From the IMG/VR virus record IMGVR_UViG_3300014208_000032, positions 9,116-73,115 of that record: 64,000 nt of DNA, one strand, 5' to 3'. Position numbers and translations under genes: made by a program. Below the pieces are notes generated by a model, which was not told where the DNA came from, did not search any database, and saw only the letters and a list, made by a program, of their open reading frames with translations. Source of the stretch: a virus. This document shows positions 57,191-64,000 of this stretch, piece after piece; positions within the stretch are counted from its first letter, which is position 1, and the number at the start of each line of letters is the position of its first letter.

Positions 57191-57982
57191 ATGAATATTA
57201 AAAATAGTATAATGAAGAATGCTTTGAATGAAAGAGATGCGAGTGATACTAATTATGCACAAGAAAAGAAAAGAGAAGCTGCAGAGAGACAAGCAGAGGC
57301 AGATAAAGCAGCCAGCGAAGAAAAGCTTCAAGGTTTTATGGATAGAGAAGCAAATAAATCTGAACCAACAAAACTAATTCCGCCAACAGGAAGAATACCA
57401 ACCCCTTCTGATAGGATTAATTCCCCAAGAGATGTAGCAAATCAAGCAGTTTCTAATTCAAACGCAAAAAAAGAAGAAATAAATCAAACAGCTTCACCCA
57501 CAAGTATTCCAACAAAAGATGAAGTTGCTTCTATCGCAAGTGGTAATGCTTCTCCAAAAATAGAAACAAGAATTGAAGACATAACAAGCAGTTTTCCAGC
57601 AGCAAAACATGACCAATTAGAAGCTGCTGTTGCTCAAAAAATACCAGACCTTCCTGCTGGATTTAGTTTCGACAAATTTTGGACTGACCCAATGAGCCAA
57701 CTTCAACTATTAAACCCAATGCAAGTTGCTGGAGTTGTCGGATTAGTCATTGGTGGGATTGGAATGTTTAAAATGATAAAAAATTGGTGGAGAAGAAAGA
57801 AAACAAAAAACACAATTGCTTCTGCTCAACCAGCTTATCAAAAAAGAGCTGCCTCTTTAAACACAGAAACCTATTTTAGTTTAAAAATTGATAAAGATAA
57901 TAAATATAGTAAATCTGCTAAAAAATTTAATACTATCTATAATTCAATAATGACAGAGATAGACAAGAAGGGTAAAAAATAA
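57191..57982 (+). CDS. membrane protein with ALNE leader and C-proximal TM helix
   Basis: GAGGG SD, ATG 57191; VAGVVGLVIGGIGMF then WWRRKK. Confidence 0.65.
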   Translation: MNIKNSIMKNALNERDASDTNYAQEKKREAAERQAEADKAASEEKLQGFMDREANKSEPTKLIPPTGRIPTPSDRINSPRDVANQAVSNSNAKKEEINQTASPTSIPTKDEVASIASGNASPKIETRIEDITSSFPAAKHDQLEAAVAQKIPDLPAGFSFDKFWTDPMSQLQLLNPMQVAGVVGLVIGGIGMFKMIKNWWRRKKTKNTIASAQPAYQKRAASLNTETYFSLKIDKDNKYSKSAKKFNTIYNSIMTEIDKKGKK

Positions 57983-58788
57983 TGAGCATAAGAGATGATA
58001 TAGTTGGTGTTTCTAATAGAAGTTTAAAAGAAAGTGTTAACGATGCTTTGTATATAAATGAAGATGTTGAGCTTGTTACAGAATTTGTAGCTATGTTATA
58101 TGGCGATCTTACTGCTGTTAAAGCAAATAAAAAATTGAATGAGAGTTTTTCTAAAGGAAGTTTTCTTATTGAAAGAGCACCAAATCTTCGTGACGAAGAA
58201 AAAAGTGGCGGGGCAATGGTTCAGGAACTTATTAATAGACACGGGAGAGGTGGTAATGGTCCACTTTTCCCCAGAGGCGAAAACAAAGTCATTGGAGCTT
58301 CCAATTTAGTATCTCAAGGGAGAGTTGGAGCTGCCGAAAATAAATTAGGTGAATTAGGTGCCCTTAGTGGTGTTAATACTCCAGAAAATATTGCTTCAAA
58401 AGCTGTTAATACCGATTGGGTATCTGCTCTCGGATCTAATGTGACTGGTGGATTACAAACTGCTGGAAAGGCAACGAGTGATTTCTTAACAAAGAACTTT
58501 CCTGACATTGCTGCTAATCCTGCTTTCCAAGGAATAAAATCTGGTGGCAAGGGAATTCTAAACACAATGGCAGCTAATCCAAGTATGGTGGCTGCTGGTA
58601 TTGGTTTAGCAGCTTTACTTCTTGTTGCTCCAAAAATATTTAAAGGATTTAGAAAAATGAGAGCAAAAGGAATGCTTAAAAAGTTAAATGCAAGAAGAAT
58701 TGCCAGTAATCTTCAATCAATTCCCTCTGTAGTGCTTTCCGATCCAAAATCTTTTATTGAAAAATATAAGAGTGGCGAATTAGGTTAA
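57982..58788 (+). CDS. membrane protein with L-x-E leader and C-proximal TM helix
   Basis: SLKE/INE/LNE sites; VAAGIGLAALLLVA then basic helix. Confidence 0.65.
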   Translation: MSIRDDIVGVSNRSLKESVNDALYINEDVELVTEFVAMLYGDLTAVKANKKLNESFSKGSFLIERAPNLRDEEKSGGAMVQELINRHGRGGNGPLFPRGENKVIGASNLVSQGRVGAAENKLGELGALSGVNTPENIASKAVNTDWVSALGSNVTGGLQTAGKATSDFLTKNFPDIAANPAFQGIKSGGKGILNTMAANPSMVAAGIGLAALLLVAPKIFKGFRKMRAKGMLKKLNARRIASNLQSIPSVVLSDPKSFIEKYKSGELG

Positions 58789-58801
58789 AACGTGAATAAA
58801 T

Positions 58802-58833
58802 AAAAAACCCACTTTATTAAGAGTGGGTTTTTT
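58802..58833. terminator. bidirectional intrinsic terminator
   Basis: AAAAAACCCACT/AGTGGGTTTTTT between convergent genes. Confidence 0.8.
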
Positions 58834-58847
58834 TATAATCAAAAGAA

Positions 58848-61010
58848 TTATAAAATTACATAAGTAAAAGTAAAAATCATAGAAATAGATGCTGTTGTGG
58901 TCCAACCACCAGAATTTTGAAAAATTGCTGTATTGTTAGCGGTGTCAGCATATATAGCCATAGTAGAACCAAGAGTGTTAGATATTGCTGTTCCAGCAGT
59001 ATTAAATGCAGAAACTAATTCAGAAGCAACGGGAAGTGTTATATAAAACGCCGTAGAAGTAGAGGCAGAAGTTGTGGAAACTTCTACTATTCCTGATACA
59101 GTTACTACATTTCCAACTCTCATCCAATTGGACAAATTGGTGGTTATAACAGAAGTATTTGCAACCCCAGTTGCAGTGGGTGTATAAGTTCCTGAAGCAA
59201 TGTATTGATTAACGGTTCCAGTAACTGCCCCAGCATTATTATGCAATGCTGCTCCATAAATTCTCCCATCAGTAGTTACAGAAAAACAGTTGTTTATTAC
59301 TAAACTCCCTCCATTTGAACTGATAATGTTTGGACCAAGATAGGTATAATTTCCAGAACCATCAAATATTCGAATAGCTGTATTTTGTGTTGCTATGTCA
59401 CCATAAAAAGTCATTTCTTTGGTAGATAAATTACCACACATCGTAGCATAACAAGATACAATACAATAATTTGTTGGATTATTTCCTAGTATAAATCTGT
59501 CTGGGCAACCAAATAAATTATAACCAGCACCATTACCAATAAAATTAGAACCAGAAGAACAATAAGCTCCATAGCCAGCATTAATTCCAATAAAATTAGA
59601 ATTAGAAGAGTTATAAGCATCATAACCAGCACTAGTTCCAATAAAATTAGAATTAGAAGAACAATAAGCTCCATTTGAACCGCCGTCACCAGTTCCATTT
59701 CCTATAAAATTAGAGTTATTGGAACAATGTGCACCAAATCCAGCACACATTCCAATAAAATTAGAATGAGAAGAATTAAGAGCTTCACGCCCTGCATTGC
59801 TTCCAATAAAATTGGAACTCAAAGAACAAGTTGAATTAAATCCAGCACTATTTCCAATAAAATTAGAATTAGAAGAACTAGTAGCTCTTCTCCCAGAATC
59901 GTTTCCTATAAAATTAGAGAAAGAAACACAACAACTTCCAATTCCAGCACAGGTTCCAATAAAATTAGAATTACAAATTTCAAAACTACAAGCACTAAAA
60001 CCAGAGAAAAAACACCCACCGGCAGAAAATCCTATAAAATTAGAATAGTGAGAATTATAACTACAATATCCAGCACAAGTTCCAATAAAATTAGAATGAG
60101 AAGAACAACAGGCATTATATCCAGAATTATCACCTATAAAATTAGAACCAGAGGAAAGACAAGTATTCACTCCGGAATTGTTTCCTATTTTTACTTGGTT
60201 ACAAGAGTTTGTTTCAAATTTAATACAGCCACATCCATCACTAATAATAACACTATTTGAGACATCTCCTATTGGAACGACTTTGCCGATACAATTCCCA
60301 ATCAGTGTATTGTAGTTTCCATCAACAAGCCCTCTTCCAGAATGATGACCCAAGATTACATTCCAACATCCATTTTTTAAATAACATCCATCAACATCGC
60401 TCACATAACCAGAATTTCCACCAATTAAAATATTTGTGTTTGCACCTCTCAAGCGTAATCCAGAGTTCAAACCAATTCCAATATTTCTTTCGCCAGTCAT
60501 TCCACCACAGGCAGTTAATTCGCCTTTCAAAGCGCTAAATCCAATTCCAATATTTCTGCCTGTTCCACCAACTCCGCACCAATTTTGAAGAACTTGACTA
60601 CCCACAGCTACTTGAACAAATGATTCAGATGAAAAATAAAGATTAGTGGTCCCAACAATTGTGTTATAATCACCACAAACCATAATAGGGGCATTTCCAG
60701 CTCCTAAATTTGTATTATATCCTCCACAAACAAGACAAGAAAAACCTTCAATTCCAACTGATGTATTAGCACTGGTTCCTAAAATAAGAGCATTGCAACT
60801 TGCTGATACAAACGAACATAATGAATTTATTCCTATAGCTATATTACACACGGCATTGGAACATAAATTAGAACAAAGAGCATTTGTTCCAATAGAAATA
60901 TTATTACAAGCATCTCCACGTTTTATGTTGTCTACGTTAGCATCCAATACGCCTAAAATTTCTACATTTAATTGTTTAAAGCAACAACTTTCCAAATTTG
61001 TATAAGCCAT
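58848..61010 (-). CDS. Cys-rich beta-solenoid tail fibre / receptor-binding protein
   Basis: 12 SNFIG-x-x-AG repeats, ~39 Cys; C-terminal domain homologous to 30933..34595. Confidence 0.75.
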   Translation of the reverse strand: MAYTNLESCCFKQLNVEILGVLDANVDNIKRGDACNNISIGTNALCSNLCSNAVCNIAIGINSLCSFVSASCNALILGTSANTSVGIEGFSCLVCGGYNTNLGAGNAPIMVCGDYNTIVGTTNLYFSSESFVQVAVGSQVLQNWCGVGGTGRNIGIGFSALKGELTACGGMTGERNIGIGLNSGLRLRGANTNILIGGNSGYVSDVDGCYLKNGCWNVILGHHSGRGLVDGNYNTLIGNCIGKVVPIGDVSNSVIISDGCGCIKFETNSCNQVKIGNNSGVNTCLSSGSNFIGDNSGYNACCSSHSNFIGTCAGYCSYNSHYSNFIGFSAGGCFFSGFSACSFEICNSNFIGTCAGIGSCCVSFSNFIGNDSGRRATSSSNSNFIGNSAGFNSTCSLSSNFIGSNAGREALNSSHSNFIGMCAGFGAHCSNNSNFIGNGTGDGGSNGAYCSSNSNFIGTSAGYDAYNSSNSNFIGINAGYGAYCSSGSNFIGNGAGYNLFGCPDRFILGNNPTNYCIVSCYATMCGNLSTKEMTFYGDIATQNTAIRIFDGSGNYTYLGPNIISSNGGSLVINNCFSVTTDGRIYGAALHNNAGAVTGTVNQYIASGTYTPTATGVANTSVITTNLSNWMRVGNVVTVSGIVEVSTTSASTSTAFYITLPVASELVSAFNTAGTAISNTLGSTMAIYADTANNTAIFQNSGGWTTTASISMIFTFTYVIL

Positions 61011-61559
61011 TTATCTCTCCTGCCTTCTAATATCTTTTTTAGCTGCAGAAATTATACTGTCAGTTCTGCTTATTATATTTTTATCTAACATACTAACAAC
61101 CAGAGGAGTTAAAATTACTGATAAAGTATTCCCTCCGAGTTTTCCAAAGAAATTATGACGAGCATTATCATCAGGAATAAGTGCTCCTAATGCAAAATAA
61201 GATAGTAAATAGGTTAAACTACCTATGCCAATGATACTAACTATATTCAAGAACGTATTAATGTTATACTCTTTAAACATTAAATTGTAATCTTTTTTGA
61301 GTTCATTATACTTTAATTTGATACTTTCTTTATCTTCTGCTACTTTATATTCATTTTCTAATTTATTTAATTTTGTATAAAGTTTTCTTAGGTAGTTAAG
61401 AAGAATTTTAATCTTTCGTTTTTGTTTTTCTGTTATCTCTTCTAAGTCAACATTTTTCTCAATTTTGTGGATTATATCAATAACTTTATTGCTATCTTTT
61501 AGCCATTTAATTCCTTCGTTGAGAGTTGAGATATTAAGAATATTTTCTTTTATGTTCAT
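61011..61559 (-). CDS. membrane protein with TLNE|G leader
   Basis: MNIKENILNISTLNE; coiled coil; C-terminal hydrophobic helices. Confidence 0.6.
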   Translation of the reverse strand: MNIKENILNISTLNEGIKWLKDSNKVIDIIHKIEKNVDLEEITEKQKRKIKILLNYLRKLYTKLNKLENEYKVAEDKESIKLKYNELKKDYNLMFKEYNINTFLNIVSIIGIGSLTYLLSYFALGALIPDDNARHNFFGKLGGNTLSVILTPLVVSMLDKNIISRTDSIISAAKKDIRRQER

Positions 61560-61591
61560 GATATTATCTTGACTAGTTTAGATTAAAAAAA

Positions 61592-61615
61592 AATCCTCCT
61601 TTTTAGAGGAGGATT
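61592..61615 (-). terminator. intrinsic terminator after RNR
   Basis: AATCCTCCT/AGGAGGATT stem, T run on minus strand. Confidence 0.8.
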
Positions 61616-61651
61616 AATTACTACACTATTTATGATATTACTAATTATTAT

Positions 61652-63943
61652 TTAAATGGCACAGCTTTCTCCGTCACAAAATTTACTTCCATCAGGAGAT
61701 GAAAATAATTCTGTATAATCTGGAATTGTTATATTATCATTCATTTCGTTAAATTTTTTTTTCGTTATTTCTTCATAAGGAGCTTGTTCATATCCGTGTT
61801 CCGTTAATGGCAAAAATGAAATTGATTTTAATTGATCTTCAAAAGCGTATAAAATTGGAGCAATATCTTTTGCTTCTTCTTTTTTAAAAGTAACAGTAAT
61901 AGATACTTGATTATCCGCCCAATAATTTTGATAGTCAATACAATTTTTAACTTGTTCCCAAATACTAACATCAGTTTTCTTTTTTGTGAAGAATTTTTCA
62001 TGAACAGGAAAAGAAATAACTGATGTATTCATTCTATCTTCTTCCGAATTTCCATAAGCAGAATAATCCACTTTATAACCAGCATTTTTCATGATATTAA
62101 CTAACGGGTGATTTGTTGCAACTCTAACTCTTCTGATATAATATTCACTGTGTGGGTAATGAATACCAGCAGAAACACCTGGCAATAGGGCCACCGATCC
62201 AGAAGGCTTTATACTAGTAGTTTTAATAGATTTAGGGATACAAAGCCAATCAGAGTATTTTGTGTCCAATTCTTGAAGTCGATTATATCCATTATTAGAC
62301 CAATCAAGCATTTCTCTTCTTCCATGTCTTCCAAAAGCATCAATTATCCCAGATTGAGAGGCACCAATTCTTCTATTTCTCATCATAACGGCATTTGTTT
62401 CTTCCCAATGTGTAGGAAGTAACGTAACTGTCTTGGCATACATATAAGCATATTTTAATGTTTCTCTATATTCTTCATAATTTTCATGAAGAGATGGAAA
62501 CGTTTCCACAAGACAACAGAGTTCCATAGATTCCAAACTTTGCTCAGAACATGGATTACAACCAACGACTTTATTGTCTTTCCAATTTTCTCCATCTTTT
62601 AATCTTCCAAATTTTCTCATATTTTCAAGCCATACAATACCAGGTTCTCCATTTAATATGATACTATCAGCAATGGAATTATAATCTGTCTTTCCAACTT
62701 CTGCATTTATACTATTATTTGAAGCCCATCTATGAGTTTTTACTTCTTCTGGAAATTTATTATAATCTTTCATTGTTATAAATTCTTTATCGTTCCAATT
62801 TCCAAGTGCCAGCTCGGCACTTCTGCGTACATTTCCTGCAACAACACAAACACCAATCATATTCATAACATCTACAATGTCAGTAGATTTTACAAAATCA
62901 CCAATTCTTTTTTCTAATAGTTTTTCAATATTTTCGTGTAATCTCATTAAAGGATCTGGTCCAGATGCTGTTCCTCCAAATCCTTTTATTATAGCTCCTG
63001 CAGGTCTAATTATAGAATAATCAAATTTAGGTAATTTCCATCCATGAATAAAAGAATCTAACAAAATTTCAAGAGATTTAACCCAGCCTTCCCGAGAGTC
63101 GGGTATTGTAAATATTTCGGTTTCTTTTACATAATTTGGTTTTTTTATTTTAATTTTACCACTGCCATTAGCATCGAAACCAACCCCAACACCAAGCATA
63201 AGAGCATCCATTGTCCAAGTAAAAGCAAGAGATCCTCTGATTTCAATATCGTCTGTTGTTACGAATGCACAATTATTAAGTGCTGCACTTCCCTTTTCTT
63301 CAACAAAAGAGGTTCCCATCATCCATAAACCACGACCAGGTGGAAGAAACTTAAAATTAAAGATCTTATCATACATTTTTTGTGCTGATTTTTGTGCTTT
63401 TTTTTCATTCCAAGGAAGTTTAATTTTAGAACAATGTTCTTTTTGTATTTTTATTGTTCCTTCAACAACCCTTTTTACTGTCTCGAACCATCTTTCGTTT
63501 CTGTTTTCAGATTCAATTTTTCTTGAATATGTTCTTAGATAAACAAATTCACCAAGTGGTCCCCAATTTGGTTGCAATTCACTATATCTATTTATAAAAT
63601 CTTCATCAATTTTAAATGTTATTTTTTTATCTCTATGTGGTTGAAATTGTTTTAAATCCTCATCTGTTTTTATGCTAAAATTTTTTACATCAATTTTAAT
63701 CAATTCGTTCTCCTTTATCATTCCAATAATATTATCTACTTTTTTCTTATCAAATCCAACAATCCAATTTCCTTTGTAATGAACTTGCGGAACAGTCATT
63801 GCTCCTGTTCCTACTTCAATTTCTTTCATAAAAATATCGTTCTCTTGAACATTCTTTTCTATATAAGAAATTGAATTTTCATCAAAATATTTTTTCAACA
63901 TCTTACAGTAAGTGCAACTATCTGATGTATAAATATCAACCAT
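61652..63943 (-). CDS. nrdJ: class II (B12-dependent, RTPR-type) ribonucleotide reductase with N-terminal glutaredoxin/NrdH domain
   Basis: CTYC..TVP..IVGFD glutaredoxin; RTYSR, PPGRGLW, LNNC, GNVRRSA, NPCSE, TSIKPSG, C-terminal CDGESC. Confidence 0.92.
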   Translation of the reverse strand: MVDIYTSDSCTYCKMLKKYFDENSISYIEKNVQENDIFMKEIEVGTGAMTVPQVHYKGNWIVGFDKKKVDNIIGMIKENELIKIDVKNFSIKTDEDLKQFQPHRDKKITFKIDEDFINRYSELQPNWGPLGEFVYLRTYSRKIESENRNERWFETVKRVVEGTIKIQKEHCSKIKLPWNEKKAQKSAQKMYDKIFNFKFLPPGRGLWMMGTSFVEEKGSAALNNCAFVTTDDIEIRGSLAFTWTMDALMLGVGVGFDANGSGKIKIKKPNYVKETEIFTIPDSREGWVKSLEILLDSFIHGWKLPKFDYSIIRPAGAIIKGFGGTASGPDPLMRLHENIEKLLEKRIGDFVKSTDIVDVMNMIGVCVVAGNVRRSAELALGNWNDKEFITMKDYNKFPEEVKTHRWASNNSINAEVGKTDYNSIADSIILNGEPGIVWLENMRKFGRLKDGENWKDNKVVGCNPCSEQSLESMELCCLVETFPSLHENYEEYRETLKYAYMYAKTVTLLPTHWEETNAVMMRNRRIGASQSGIIDAFGRHGRREMLDWSNNGYNRLQELDTKYSDWLCIPKSIKTTSIKPSGSVALLPGVSAGIHYPHSEYYIRRVRVATNHPLVNIMKNAGYKVDYSAYGNSEEDRMNTSVISFPVHEKFFTKKKTDVSIWEQVKNCIDYQNYWADNQVSITVTFKKEEAKDIAPILYAFEDQLKSISFLPLTEHGYEQAPYEEITKKKFNEMNDNITIPDYTELFSSPDGSKFCDGESCAI

Positions 63944-64000
63944 AATTTCTCCTTTTTGTTTTGGGCTGGAAGTTTAACTTACCATTTTCTCTTCCGGTAA

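Noticed and set aside
5485-58833. Three hairpins with the same AAACCCAC/GTGGGTTT stem (5485, 24327, 58805) as a mobile repeat
   Set aside because: Short, located at gene 3' ends with U tracts; adequately explained as terminators
1-64000. Stop-codon reassignment, as in some jumbo phages
   Set aside because: Conserved genes are full length in code 11, and TGA/TAG end genes at coupled junctions
1-64000. tRNA or rRNA genes
   Set aside because: Intergenic gaps are short and none shows a cloverleaf or T-loop signature by eye

Overview
A 64 kb fragment of an AT-rich, distantly T4-like large/jumbo tailed phage genome (standard genetic code, densely coding). Left part, minus strand: the head module, with a gp24-like vertex capsid protein, gp23 major capsid protein, acidic scaffold, intein-containing gp21 prohead protease, portal, large terminase and a gp55-like late sigma factor. 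Two tandem Hef-like endonuclease genes are inserted antisense between the two capsid genes. Middle: a lysis-like cassette (holin candidate, DUF261/C39-like peptidase, two fully overlapping coiled-coil membrane ORFs), a lipoprotein SBP + 2x7TM + TM module, modular fibre genes, and a solo tnpB with its omegaRNA. Right part: a cluster of small early-type genes, a DHH protein, a GNAT, YhhN, glycosyltransferases, a Cys-rich fibre and a glutaredoxin-fused class II ribonucleotide reductase. Two patterns run across the window. (i) About 20 copies of an AAG(A/T)TAAT element sit at gene starts, often exactly 3 nt before an SD-less ATG (putative late promoter with leaderless mRNAs). (ii) About 20 unrelated proteins carry T4-like capsid-targeting N-termini ending in (L/I)-x-E, suggesting a large injected enzyme and membrane cargo. 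The predicted TnpB guide is itself a copy of the late-promoter element. A spirochaete/anaerobe host is suggested but not shown. All family assignments come from motifs recognised by eye; no database searches were run.
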